From IMG/VR virus record IMGVR_UViG_3300042988_000513, positions 1-56,126 of that record: a stretch of DNA of 56,126 nt. One strand, written 5' to 3'. Origin of the DNA: a virus. Lineage: Duplodnaviria > Caudoviricetes. A model generated the notes under the pieces. It saw only the letters and a program-made list of their open reading frames with translations. It had not been told where the DNA came from and searched no databases. Position numbers and translations under genes: made by a program. Position 1 is the first letter of the stretch, and every line of letters starts with the position of its first letter. This document shows positions 24,520 to 33,751 of the stretch, piece by piece.

Positions 24520-27500
24520 TACGGATTCCTGAACTCTATCTCTCGGATAACGGACAGAATCGTCAGAGGATAGGGAAGCGTCTGCCGCACGATGCCAACT
24601 GCGCCCTTGGTCCAGCGATTCGCCGGCCTGCACTCAACCAGCTCCTCCACCATCTCGAGCGGGTCCGTGGAGTCAGCAGTCATAGAGACCGACTGCATGT
24701 TGTCTTCGTCCTGGCCCACCTGGAGGCCGCCGTATCCAATGGCCTCGACGAACATCCTGGTCAGCGTGCAGAACAGCGGGCGAACTTCCTTGGACGAGGA
24801 GGCAGGCGGCAAGAACGAGACTTCTTGGACGTAGTCGTTCCCGAGTAAAGCCGAGACAATCTTTGTCCCGGTTACGGTCGCGTATACCTGGATGGCCTCT
24901 GGGGAGATGCTACTGATTGTTACCGTCCCTCCGTTATCAATTACGATGCTGTTGTCTTCGGACTGTGTTCCAGAAATATCGGCCTGAGTCCGAGTGCGCG
25001 ACCACGACGAAAGTGCCTGCCCGCTGGTAAGCGTCCCAGTCTTGGACGTAACGCGGAACAGCATTGCCGTTGAGCTAGAGCGACCAGTTGAGCTGTCTCC
25101 GGTATCCAGGACGGCCGTTCCAGTAGACGTTGCAATCGACAGCGTCACGCGCCTTGCGGCAGCAGCAACGGACGTCCATACGCTTGGATGGGTTGACGGA
25201 GCCTCGTTAGTTGAGCTTGCAACGATGCATTTGTATATGGTGGGCGTAGAGCCACTAAGCGTGAAGACATACGCTCCCAAGCTGTAGGTTACGCCAGAAG
25301 ACCACTCGTAAAACCTAGTCCACCCGACGTGGGGCTCTCCGGGAGAATCGGAGTCCGCCCTGTAATATCTCGTTCCGTATCGAACCCAGTCCAAAGCCTT
25401 GTATAGAATATCGTTTCGCCAGTCGATGGAGCGCGCGGCCTCGCACGCCTCCCAGCAGTCGGTTGCGGCAGTCAGCGTCACCAGGGATCCGGCCGAGATT
25501 GCCCCACCGCTAGTCAGCGTCAGAGCCGGATACTCGTAGTTTGTCAGGCTGTGGCCGTCCAGCAGCGGCAGGCTGTCCAGCCTGGTCTCGATTCCGAACG
25601 ACGCCATGCGCTCTAGCCTAGTCGTAGAGTCCCGCTCAACGAGCAGATACAGCGCGTCCTCGCTTCCCTCGGGGATGCTGCACACGTCCAGGACATCTCC
25701 GTCCGTATCGTGCAGCGCCCAGGCGTTGACCTCCTGCTCCTTCTGGTAAGTCATGCTTACCAGCTTGCCGTCCGATCGGACCATCCAGACGCACCGGTGC
25801 GGCTTGTGCGTAAACGTCCAGGCTACGATTGAGTAACCGTCCAAGAAGTGGTCGGCGAAGATGTTGAGCCCGGTCGCGTCATAGTTGGCCGTAGTGTCTA
25901 GGTAGGAGACGGACAGAACGTTGGGGCCGCGCTCCTGGACGAACAGAGCCTCGTTGCCAACCTGGAGAGGCATCAAGTGCGCCGAGCCGTTGTTGCCCTG
26001 GACCTTGGCGTCAATGCTATCGAACGCCAGCGCACCGCCAGACCCGCTAACCGCCCACTCATTTTCCGAGGTGAAGACCATCAGCCGGGAGACCGGCAAC
26101 AGCCCTCGGATCTCCTCAAAGCGCATGCTGGCAAGCTCGAACTCGCAGGCATCGTCGCTCGTCTGGATTAGCTTTCGGTCGAAATTGCTATAGTCTCCCG
26201 TCTTTGAGGCGAACAGCCAGCCTGGACGCCCGCCAGTCGTATCGCTGTGGGGAGCGCCAAAGATTCTGCGCTGCTCGTAGTACGACACTACGGCCGGATT
26301 CTCGGTCGCGGTCAGCGTACCGGACAGGTCGTAGACCGCAAACGGATTCTCGCCGCTTGGCGGAGTAATCGTGTAGTCCGGCGTCTGGTTTGTGTCGTAG
26401 AAATACTGTAGTGGGTAATAGTGGAACGGGCGCCAGTATGGCTCAACCCCGGCTCCAGCCCCGTAGTTCTCAACCGGAGTCACACCAGTTGCGGCCCTGC
26501 AGCATATCCACTCCGATCCCCCATATACGCACAGATCTCCTCGCTCGTATGCAAACGACGCAGAATAGTCGGCAGGGGGATCCCCCTCTGCCTCTGAGTC
26601 TCCAATCCATCCCCAGGAGTCATACCCTACCGGGTTTGTAGAGTCGTCGCCTGACCCGCCATTCCCGGCAGCAGCCCTTCGGTACATTCTATAGTACAGA
26701 ATCGAGTAGTCAGAAGACGTAGACGCCTGTGGGAAGACGAAGCGAAGGCCCGGCGACTGACCGAGACTGATTGACGTCTGTAAGTCGCTATCGTAGGCAA
26801 CATCTCCATCCGTGTGAACCGACCAGTATCCGGTACTAAATTCAGGATCCTGTCCAGGGGCCCCATGATTCTGTGTGCAGTACCAGAATGTCCCGCTAAT
26901 GTTGTCCTTTCGGACCGCGTCGTCTACCCCGTATGTTGCAGTTGGGTCCCAAACAGTGCAACCATCGACGCATACAATCTGCCGGATATGCTCGATCTCC
27001 TTCGGGGCAGTCTCGAAAATGACGCCGTCTGCGCGCTTTACGACTGCGGTAACGCACCACTTCCACTGGTAGGCCGGATAGTCTGTGGTCTCGGTAGGGT
27101 AGTTGGCATCCATCGTCCATTGCATCAGGACGGGGTCGGAGTCATAGGACCAGTCATCAAAAGCGCTGGCGTCAAACGAGAGATTGGCAATAGTCCAGTC
27201 TGTGTCGCTGTTGCGGGTCAGCTCCTGGGGGACGTAGTCCGGATGGCAGAGGGTCATTACGTTGCCAAGCTGGGCGTACTTCAGCCTAGCCAGGTCGTCC
27301 TTGTCCCAGGGCGTTACGACTGTATCTTGTAGTACGCCATCCTTGTATACGCCAAGAGTCTCGTCTCCCAGGACAAGAACGAAGCTGTCGCCCTGGCTGT
27401 AGACGAACGGGATGATGCGATACGTTCCGCTACCGGCAGACACGATATGCTCGAGACCTGGCCGGCTAGTGACCGGTCCCTGCTTGAGCGGAATCATGTT

Positions 27501-27608
27501 TCGGCACGTCAGCAGCGAGGAATGGTACTTGCCGACGTCGGACCGCCCCTTGAGTGTAGGGGAAATCTCGCCACCGCTAAAGCTGTTCTGCCTGAAATGG
27601 GCTGGCAA
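24519..27608 (-). CDS. Tail tubular protein B/nozzle (T7 gp12-like) with inserted CBM5/12-like repeats
   Basis: QNSFSGGEISP..GR.D, SRPG, YEQR..F, SKTGDYSNF, V.AWALH motifs. Confidence 0.88.
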   Translation of the reverse strand: MPAHFRQNSFSGGEISPTLKGRSDVGKYHSSLLTCRNMIPLKQGPVTSRPGLEHIVSAGSGTYRIIPFVYSQGDSFVLVLGDETLGVYKDGVLQDTVVTPWDKDDLARLKYAQLGNVMTLCHPDYVPQELTRNSDTDWTIANLSFDASAFDDWSYDSDPVLMQWTMDANYPTETTDYPAYQWKWCVTAVVKRADGVIFETAPKEIEHIRQIVCVDGCTVWDPTATYGVDDAVRKDNISGTFWYCTQNHGAPGQDPEFSTGYWSVHTDGDVAYDSDLQTSISLGQSPGLRFVFPQASTSSDYSILYYRMYRRAAAGNGGSGDDSTNPVGYDSWGWIGDSEAEGDPPADYSASFAYERGDLCVYGGSEWICCRAATGVTPVENYGAGAGVEPYWRPFHYYPLQYFYDTNQTPDYTITPPSGENPFAVYDLSGTLTATENPAVVSYYEQRRIFGAPHSDTTGGRPGWLFASKTGDYSNFDRKLIQTSDDACEFELASMRFEEIRGLLPVSRLMVFTSENEWAVSGSGGALAFDSIDAKVQGNNGSAHLMPLQVGNEALFVQERGPNVLSVSYLDTTANYDATGLNIFADHFLDGYSIVAWTFTHKPHRCVWMVRSDGKLVSMTYQKEQEVNAWALHDTDGDVLDVCSIPEGSEDALYLLVERDSTTRLERMASFGIETRLDSLPLLDGHSLTNYEYPALTLTSGGAISAGSLVTLTAATDCWEACEAARSIDWRNDILYKALDWVRYGTRYYRADSDSPGEPHVGWTRFYEWSSGVTYSLGAYVFTLSGSTPTIYKCIVASSTNEAPSTHPSVWTSVAAAARRVTLSIATSTGTAVLDTGDSSTGRSSSTAMLFRVTSKTGTLTSGQALSSWSRTRTQADISGTQSEDNSIVIDNGGTVTISSISPEAIQVYATVTGTKIVSALLGNDYVQEVSFLPPASSSKEVRPLFCTLTRMFVEAIGYGGLQVGQDEDNMQSVSMTADSTDPLEMVEELVECRPANRWTKGAVGIVRQTLPYPLTILSVIREIEFRNP

Positions 27609-27617
27609 GGGGGCCTC

Positions 27618-28637
27618 CTAGAGGGGCAGCCAGCCCCAGCCGAGCGGATACGTTGAGCCCTGGTAGGGATTCCAGGCGTCTCCGCGCGCAGCAACAACCT
27701 CGGAGTCGGGAGGCATATCCTCCTGAAACTCGATGAAATCGACAGAGCGGGCCTCGTTGACTGCCAATAAGTACGCCTGCATCAGCGCCTGCGGGGCGGG
27801 CTCGGCCTTGAGCGGGCCGCTAATCTCGTAGGCCAGCTTCCATGCCAGCGCATCCGCGAAGCCGGCAGGGAAGCGCGAGGCGTCCGTCACGTCTTCGACG
27901 TAGATAATCTTGGGCGTGTCGGACGGGTCGATATCGGTCCACAGCACGTTCAGGCTGCCAAAGTTTCCACGCTTGAACGGGATGCGCTGGTCCGGACGAA
28001 TCGAGCGGGCGCCGGACCAAATGTACCGCCCAATCAGCATGTCGGCCGGCAAAAGAAAACCGTAGTTATATTCGAAGCTCAGGCCATCCGTAGCCGTAAA
28101 CCTGTATATGTCGCCGGCAACCAGCGTTTGCCCACTAGCCAGAGTGACCTCGATTGTCCCGGTCATCTCGAGGCCGGAGCCGCAAGCCAACTCAACGCCG
28201 GTTCCGCCGCTGTTTCCGATGGTCTGCGCTCCGGACGAATAGACGACGGGAGAGCCAAACGAGATGCCGCCGTCAACGCTCCACTTGATGTAGCCCGTAG
28301 ACGTTCCGCCAGCCGCAGTCACCTGGCCGACCACGTTATAGCTGCCCTCGAGGTCGCTAGAGGCAGCCAGCGCCGTAATCATCGTGGAGCCGGCAGGCCC
28401 CGTCCCGATGCGTTCAACGGCCGAGCATGCCGGAGCGAACTCCTCGAGAGGGGCCTGGCGAATCGCAAACTTCCAGGGGAACGCCCCAAGAAGCTGCTGC
28501 CGGACCTGGTCCCAGAACATCATGCTAACGATGGCCTCCTGGGACGTGTCCGTTGTCGCGGTAATAAACTGCTTGATGCCGCAGCGAGCCAGCGCGCGGT
28601 TGATGATTCCCACCTGTGTCTGTGCGCTCGTGTACAC
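27618..28637 (-). CDS. Tail tubular protein A/adaptor (T7 gp11-like) with beta-rich insertion
   Basis: IINRALARCG, FPWKFA, LPADML, F..ALAWKLAYEI. Confidence 0.85.
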   Translation of the reverse strand: MYTSAQTQVGIINRALARCGIKQFITATTDTSQEAIVSMMFWDQVRQQLLGAFPWKFAIRQAPLEEFAPACSAVERIGTGPAGSTMITALAASSDLEGSYNVVGQVTAAGGTSTGYIKWSVDGGISFGSPVVYSSGAQTIGNSGGTGVELACGSGLEMTGTIEVTLASGQTLVAGDIYRFTATDGLSFEYNYGFLLPADMLIGRYIWSGARSIRPDQRIPFKRGNFGSLNVLWTDIDPSDTPKIIYVEDVTDASRFPAGFADALAWKLAYEISGPLKAEPAPQALMQAYLLAVNEARSVDFIEFQEDMPPDSEVVAARGDAWNPYQGSTYPLGWGWLPL

Positions 28638-28667
28638 GCTGGCTCCTGTCTACGCTTCGCTGCTACG

Positions 28668-29081
28668 CTACTGGCGGCGGCCCTGCTGTCGGCCCTGGCT
28701 CTGCGGCTGCGGCTCCGGCTCCTCGGGCCTCGTAAACGCGGCCGGCTCCGGCTGGGGTCCGGCTCGAGAAGAGATGCGCAATCCGGCAAGGCGGCTCTTC
28801 ATCGCCCCGATTCGGCCGTTCAGCGCAGCAAGCGATCTAAGGCCAGCCGGGTCGCCCGGAATGAACTTACGTGTTTCCTCGGAGTTGGCGATCCTCTTCT
28901 CAATGAGGGCCCTCATGGCGTCAACGGCCTCCTGATTAAGGGGCTCCCATCGCGTAGAAGGCTCGCCAGCGTACGCAATCTCCTTGCCAGGGGCGTGGTA
29001 CTCATGGCTCGGCTGCCCATCGCCCATCATCGGACCGGTCGGAAGAAACGCAGAGTGATTAATCCAGTATCGCGCAACCAT
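28668..29081 (-). CDS. Hypothetical head-associated protein
   Basis: Dense ORF in head-tail region; YAGEPS..WEPLN.EA motif. Confidence 0.6.
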   Translation of the reverse strand: MVARYWINHSAFLPTGPMMGDGQPSHEYHAPGKEIAYAGEPSTRWEPLNQEAVDAMRALIEKRIANSEETRKFIPGDPAGLRSLAALNGRIGAMKSRLAGLRISSRAGPQPEPAAFTRPEEPEPQPQSQGRQQGRRQ

Positions 29082-29102
29082 CGTAGTTCGTTCCTCGGAT
29101 AT

Positions 29103-29124
29103 GGCCCCCGCGTTAACGGGGGCC
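29103..29124. other. GC-rich intergenic hairpin GGCCCCCG-N6-CGGGGGCC without U-tract
   Basis: Perfect 8-bp inverted repeat. Confidence 0.5.
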
Positions 29125-29141
29125 GGTTAACTGCACTGCTG

Positions 29142-29699
29142 CTAATACGTCATCGGGATAACGTGGAAGAACGTTCGGACATACAGCACGCTTGTTGCAG
29201 CTGCGCCAGACGGATCCGTTGAGGCGACGTTCAGCACAAGCGCCGCAGCGGAAACAGGAACAATCGCAGCCGTGCTGGCCGGGTACACATACCGAAGCTG
29301 GTCAGACGTGGCAGTCAGGAAGCCGCTGGACGCCACCGTAGCAACCAACTGCCCGGCCTCGTTTGTATACTTGACGAGCGCATTTCCAGACGTGAAGGCG
29401 CCGCCGCTGTAGTCCAGGAACAGCAGCGCGCCGTCAAACACGTTGGCATAGCCGGCTGCGGGAGCTGCAACCAGCGTGTACGGGGTCGTGTGAAGAGCCT
29501 TTACCTGGGCAGCAGTAAGCGATACGTCTGCATAGTTGCCGTACAGTTCGGAAGACAGGTTGGCTTCCGCAAGCGTAATTGCAGACGGAAGAGCGCCAGT
29601 CGCCAGCTTAGACGTAGCAATCGAGGCGCTGGCGTGGAAGTCGGCGTTAACGTATCCGGTCTTCTTTTGAGTTCCAGCCGGGCTAGGTAGATTCGCCAT
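29142..29699 (-). CDS. Virion decoration/fibre-like protein, paralog A
   Basis: Beta-rich; paralogous to 29709-30272 (SKLATGAL, EANL, GNYADV, VRTFFHV.P). Confidence 0.65.
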   Translation of the reverse strand: MANLPSPAGTQKKTGYVNADFHASASIATSKLATGALPSAITLAEANLSSELYGNYADVSLTAAQVKALHTTPYTLVAAPAAGYANVFDGALLFLDYSGGAFTSGNALVKYTNEAGQLVATVASSGFLTATSDQLRYVYPASTAAIVPVSAAALVLNVASTDPSGAAATSVLYVRTFFHVIPMTY

Positions 29700-29708
29700 G
29701 GTCGCCCC

Positions 29709-30272
29709 TTAGAACGAGGTAGGAACGACGTGGAAGAACGTTCGAACGTGGAAGTGCCCGCCGCCTGTAATCGGATCCGCCGAAGCGCAAGTCAGCCACA
29801 GCGCGCCATTGGTTCCGGACGCACCGCCAGCAATCGGGGTGATTGCAGCCGTGCTAGTCGGATACGCAACCCGAACGCCATCGGCAGACTCGCTGTCGCC
29901 GAAGAACGACGTTTTGGCGATGGTCGCGATTGCCGCAGAGTCGATTGCGGAGCCTGTGTGGTAGTTGACGGTAATATTTCCGTTCGAGGCAAAAGCGGCA
30001 GACGAGTAGTCGTAGAAGATTTCGACACTGTCCAAGATGTTGGCGTAGCCGGCGCCAGGATTCGCAACCAGCTGCTTGCCAACGCTGTTCAGCGTCAGCA
30101 GATCGGAGTTGGCAACCGTGACGTCGGCATAGTTGCCAATCAGTGCAACCGTAAGATTCGCCTCGGCAATCGTGATATCAGTATCGAGCGCGCCAGTGGC
30201 AAGCTTGGAAAGCGCAATCGCCGCGCTGTCGTGAACGTCGCCGTTAATCAGCTTTCGAAAGATTCGCAGCAT
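29709..30272 (-). CDS. Virion decoration/fibre-like protein, paralog B
   Basis: Paralogous to 29142-29699; AAGGAG RBS. Confidence 0.65.
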   Translation of the reverse strand: MLRIFRKLINGDVHDSAAIALSKLATGALDTDITIAEANLTVALIGNYADVTVANSDLLTLNSVGKQLVANPGAGYANILDSVEIFYDYSSAAFASNGNITVNYHTGSAIDSAAIATIAKTSFFGDSESADGVRVAYPTSTAAITPIAGGASGTNGALWLTCASADPITGGGHFHVRTFFHVVPTSF

Positions 30273-30286
30273 TGCGTCTCCTTTGC

Positions 30287-30316
30287 AAAAGGCGGCCCAG
30301 CCGAAGCCAGGCCGCC
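30287..30316 (-). terminator. Intrinsic terminator after capsid/cement genes
   Basis: GGCGGCCTGGC-TTCG-GCTGGGCCGCC followed by TTTT on minus strand. Confidence 0.75.
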
Positions 30317-30332
30317 ATTGCTATCGCTTCAA

Positions 30333-30800
30333 TTAGGCCAGATACGAGGGCTGCGTATAGAACAGCGGGCTCGGGGCGCAATCGGCCAGGAAGCTACGCA
30401 CAACATAGCTATTGTCCGCGTTGCCAAGGTGATACTCAACCCGCCAGTACCGGTATCCGATGCTCGGAGGAACCGGCAACACGATGATCTGGTTATCAGC
30501 GAGAAGCGCGTTGGCGATGTCGCCAGTTTGGGCAATGATACGCGAAGACGTGAACGCCGTATCAGTGGCAGCAACAAGCTTGATGTTCAGCGTCGGAGTG
30601 GTGTGGCCGGTGTCCTTGGTCACAACCTGAGTGATCAGGTACATCGGGGCGCCGTTGCCAAGCTGGCGTGTCGGAGTAGAAGCAGCGGCCCCCTGGCCAA
30701 GGTCAAGCTGGTTGTAGGAGACGTTATCGGCGTCCGCGATGGTCTGCGAGTCATCCGTAGCGCTGGTGTAGGTGAAGGTCAGTTCCTTATCGAGCAGCAT
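30333..30800 (-). CDS. Capsid cement protein (Bbp16-like)
   Basis: MLLDKEL.F, S.N.LDLG, G.G.PMYL, YRYWRVEY; directly after MCP. Confidence 0.78.
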   Translation of the reverse strand: MLLDKELTFTYTSATDDSQTIADADNVSYNQLDLGQGAAASTPTRQLGNGAPMYLITQVVTKDTGHTTPTLNIKLVAATDTAFTSSRIIAQTGDIANALLADNQIIVLPVPPSIGYRYWRVEYHLGNADNSYVVRSFLADCAPSPLFYTQPSYLA

Positions 30801-30857
30801 TTGATTTTTCTCTTTCTGGGCCTAGGCCCTGATTTGTTAGTTAGTACGGCGCCAGAA

Positions 30858-31898
30858 TTAGCTGACAACAGCCTCGGTGGTGGTGAGGGCATCGCAGAAG
30901 CGAATCGGAATCCCGAACATATGGGGAACGCGCGATCCGCCGCGATCCACGTACTCGAGATAGTTCGCTTGGCGGGCCATCATCTGCTGGCCAACCATGT
31001 TGAACGTGTTGCGCGCCATGTAGAACACGGGCTTGCAGTTGTTCAGATCGTAGATAGCGGTCATCGCGTCCTGCATACGGGCCACAAGATCGGCGCCCGT
31101 GCTCAGGTCGTTGGTCCAGCCGCCAGTCCCGGTGTCAATGTTGCAAACGCGGGCAACATAGCGGTAATCCTTCACGCAGAGACCAACCTGCCAGGTCCAC
31201 TCAGAGACGTAAGCGCGGAACTGGTTGGTTCCACCGCTGTCGGGAACCAGCTGCTCTCCCATGTCAACGTGCTGCAGGCCGCCGACGCTCCCCTTCGGGA
31301 AGATCCCAAACACGGTCTCAGGGCCCCAGCCAATAAGCCAGATGGAGGTCTGATCGCCGCCAGACGCTCCGGAGTCGGCCTTGATGATCTGGCCGGTGCC
31401 GGTAGGACCGCCAGACGCGGCTGGGTTGCCAGACGTCGCAGACAGTCGAGGACTAAGACCCTGGAACTTCTCAGGGTTGCTCGAGTACGAGTGATAGAAG
31501 ATGCCGGTCGCCAGCTCGTTGTTGAACGCGCTAACAAACGCCAGATCCTCGGACGCACGGAAGGCGGCCTCATTGCCGTTCAGCTTGGCAAGGGCGCAAT
31601 CCACCTTCGAATAACCAACGCACTGGCCAATGGGCTCGTCGTGCTGGTCGGTCGTGCTCTTTGCAGGAGCAACGCCCTGGTTGAACTTCCGCCAGGTCAG
31701 GGCAGGAAGCGCCGATCGGCTGGTGAAGCGGTGGGCGCTCGGCATGTTCGCCTCAACCCAGCTCATGTCCTGGAGAAGAGGATTCTTTTGCTCGAGAACC
31801 TCAGCGATATTGGCGATCGATCCGTTAGGGTCAAGTCGCTTGGTAACATCGGCCAACGTCGGGAAGGTGTTCCCGATCTGTGCGGTAGAGGCAGTCAT
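30858..31898 (-). CDS. Major capsid protein (BPP-1/epsilon15-type)
   Basis: PTLADVTKRLDP, L.Q.NP.LQDM.WVEAN, WRKFNQGV, KFQGLSPR, TSIWLIGWG, GIPIRFCDAL. Confidence 0.93.
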   Translation of the reverse strand: MTASTAQIGNTFPTLADVTKRLDPNGSIANIAEVLEQKNPLLQDMSWVEANMPSAHRFTSRSALPALTWRKFNQGVAPAKSTTDQHDEPIGQCVGYSKVDCALAKLNGNEAAFRASEDLAFVSAFNNELATGIFYHSYSSNPEKFQGLSPRLSATSGNPAASGGPTGTGQIIKADSGASGGDQTSIWLIGWGPETVFGIFPKGSVGGLQHVDMGEQLVPDSGGTNQFRAYVSEWTWQVGLCVKDYRYVARVCNIDTGTGGWTNDLSTGADLVARMQDAMTAIYDLNNCKPVFYMARNTFNMVGQQMMARQANYLEYVDRGGSRVPHMFGIPIRFCDALTTTEAVVS

Positions 31899-31938
31899 TC
31901 TAATTGCTCCATGTGCCTAGAAGGCGGTAAGTAGTTAG

Positions 31939-32715
31939 TTAGTCGGATTGCTTGTTCATGGACGGGTACAGCGAGCCGGCCAGGTTATCTACAAGCGCGT
32001 TGCCGGTAATTCCTCGCTGATGGTCAACGGCCGGAGCGCTCTTGGCGTTAGCGACGCTAGCAAGAGAATCCTCGCCAAACGCCTTGCCAATAGCGGCAAA
32101 GAACTGCATCGCGGCCGGGTGGTTTTCAAGGCCACCAAGAGCCTCAAGAAGACCAGGAGGCGCGAAACGGTCGATAGCGCGTTGCGCGTGCGCAACGTTC
32201 TGCTCGAACGCCCCGGCCCACTCCTTCTTCAGGCTGGCAATGCTGTCCTGTTTCCACTGCGAAAACGCCCTGGCCTGTTCGGCCTCGCGCGCCTGCGCAG
32301 CCTTCATCTCGAGGTCAAAGAACTTCTGAGCGTTCTTGGAGTCCAGACCCGCCTCCTTGGCGATGGCCTTGAACTCAGACAGCACTTCGTCATTGACCTT
32401 GAGCCCCTCGGGGATAGCGATCTCGACATCCGCCTTAACGGATTTCTCCTCGGCAGCTTTGTCTGCTTCGCCCTTCTGTGCGTCGGACTTCTCGGGAGCC
32501 TTGAGAAGTGACGCCACCTCGGCGGGCTTCTCGGCATCCTTGGCCGGCTCTGGAGCCTTGTCCGCCGTCGCGGGCCTGGCTGCTGGAGCTGGAGTTGCGA
32601 CTGGCGCAGCGGCCGGGGTTGAGGCGGCAGCGGCAACAGGTTCAGCGGCCGGAGCGGTCACAGCCGCAGCGGCAGCACTGGATACTTCGGGAGTCGTTTG
32701 GGCTGTGTCGGACAT
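31939..32715 (-). CDS. Capsid scaffolding/assembly protein
   Basis: Ala/Pro-rich N-terminus, LKKEW, GLENHPA..FFAAIGKAFGED, terminal LYP. Confidence 0.8.
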   Translation of the reverse strand: MSDTAQTTPEVSSAAAAAVTAPAAEPVAAAASTPAAAPVATPAPAARPATADKAPEPAKDAEKPAEVASLLKAPEKSDAQKGEADKAAEEKSVKADVEIAIPEGLKVNDEVLSEFKAIAKEAGLDSKNAQKFFDLEMKAAQAREAEQARAFSQWKQDSIASLKKEWAGAFEQNVAHAQRAIDRFAPPGLLEALGGLENHPAAMQFFAAIGKAFGEDSLASVANAKSAPAVDHQRGITGNALVDNLAGSLYPSMNKQSD

Positions 32716-32737
32716 GGCCCAAGAATGGGCCCGACCT

Positions 32738-32751
32738 GCCGCAAGCTATAC
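32738..32751 (-). promoter_or_regulatory. Conserved late-promoter-like motif GTATAGCTTGCGGC (copy 2)
   Basis: Upstream of scaffold/capsid operon, directly after a terminator. Confidence 0.7.
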
Positions 32752-32777
32752 AAAAGGCCCCGGCGATTGCCAGGGCC
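32752..32777 (-). terminator. Intrinsic terminator after tRNA-like gene
   Basis: GGCCCTGGC-AATC-GCCGGGGCC then TTTT on minus strand. Confidence 0.7.
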
Positions 32778-32849
32778 TGCCACTAGCGAGGTTCGAACTC
32801 GCATCTCGCGCTTACGATAACGCGATCCTACCCTTTAGACGATAGTGGT
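32778..32849 (-). tRNA. Atypical tRNA, probably Thr(CGT)-derived, with non-canonical anticodon arm
   Basis: ACCACTA/TAGTGGC acceptor (A1-C mismatch), GTCT/GGAT D-stem, T-arm GCGAG-TTCGAAC-CTCGC, anticodon arm CGCGT-TATCGTAA-GCGCG. Confidence 0.7.
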
Positions 32850-32869
32850 CCTACTAAACGAGCTTCGCT

Positions 32870-33055
32870 CTACGCTTCATGTCCATCGCAGTATCGGCGC
32901 ATGATTGTTTCGTCGAGAACTACCGTAGCCAGGAAGCGGTTTCTGAGGCGCCTTGGGACCGGATACCCCAGGTCAAACTCGATACCGCGCCAGGACTCCG
33001 AGTCCATGCACAGCCCAAGATGGTCGTAGCATTCCCAGCCCGTGCGCCTTGGCAT
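32870..33055 (-). CDS. Hypothetical protein
   Basis: Fills gap in minus-strand operon, starts 2 nt after upstream stop. Confidence 0.45.
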   Translation of the reverse strand: MPRRTGWECYDHLGLCMDSESWRGIEFDLGYPVPRRLRNRFLATVVLDETIMRRYCDGHEA

Positions 33056-33057
33056 GT

Positions 33058-33387
33058 CTACCGTCCGGGGATAATCAGGCTAGACTGCTGTGGGGCAACG
33101 ATTCGAGGGGCCTCGGTCTGGACGGCTTTGGCAGCCTCGCCCTTGAGAACGCGCAGCGTCAGCGTGTCGGGCCCCCTGGTTCCGTCTTCCTTGGCTTCGC
33201 CTGGCTTCACTCCCATTGTGAATACCGCGCCATCGTCGGCCATGGACTTCAGGTCGGCGTCAGCAACAGACTGCTCGCCGCCGAGCCGGTCAACCAGGAG
33301 CCCAACGATTCCCCTGTATTGCGCAACCTGCGCATACAAGAACTGGTTCTCGGCCTTCAGGCGCTCGTTAACCGTGCTCATTACCAT
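33058..33387 (-). CDS. Hypothetical protein
   Basis: Coupled ORF, N-terminal coiled coil, C-terminal LIIP. Confidence 0.6.
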   Translation of the reverse strand: MVMSTVNERLKAENQFLYAQVAQYRGIVGLLVDRLGGEQSVADADLKSMADDGAVFTMGVKPGEAKEDGTRGPDTLTLRVLKGEAAKAVQTEAPRIVAPQQSSLIIPGR

Positions 33388-33542
33388 CCCCTATCTGCCA
33401 GCAAAGACTCGGCGCACTCGATCATGTCTCTACGGTCCCACGTCTGGTGCAGCAGCCTCTGGTCTCGCATGCTGAGACCATCCTCGAAGCAGATGCCGAA
33501 CCAGGGAGGGTTGTCGCGGATTTCCAGGTAGGCTCGTGTCAC
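33381..33542 (-). CDS. Hypothetical small protein
   Basis: GTG start overlapping upstream TGA. Confidence 0.45.
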   Translation of the reverse strand: MTRAYLEIRDNPPWFGICFEDGLSMRDQRLLHQTWDRRDMIECAESLLADRGW

Positions 33543-33751
33543 TTGGACTCCAGCGCATCCAACAGGGCGTCGGCCCATTTAACGGCCACATTGCAAGCGG
33601 ACTCAACTGTTGGCTTGCCGCTCCACTCTGTGTGCCACGAAGCCAGAACGTCCCGAGCAATCTCGTATCGGCGCCGCTCTCGCTCGGCCTTCTCGATAAG
33701 CTCCAGGTCAGCCTTGGACAGCTCGCATCCGCACTCGTCGCTACAGGCCAT
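33539..33751 (-). CDS. Hypothetical small phage protein
   Basis: RRYEIARDVLA..AVKWADALLDAL motif common in phage small proteins. Confidence 0.6.
   Translation of the reverse strand: MACSDECGCELSKADLELIEKAERERRRYEIARDVLASWHTEWSGKPTVESACNVAVKWADALLDALESK

Noticed and set aside
24520-24633. Longest-ORF upstream starts given in the track (also 44438, 42274, 39993, 39928, 10570, 49310, 50604)
   Set aside because: They overlap upstream genes; downstream starts with RBS or stop-start coupling fit better
29730-31934. 734-aa plus-strand ORF, and similar long antisense ORFs such as 10522-12039 and 13313-14446
   Set aside because: Antisense shadows of well-supported minus-strand genes in GC-rich DNA; no motifs or RBS
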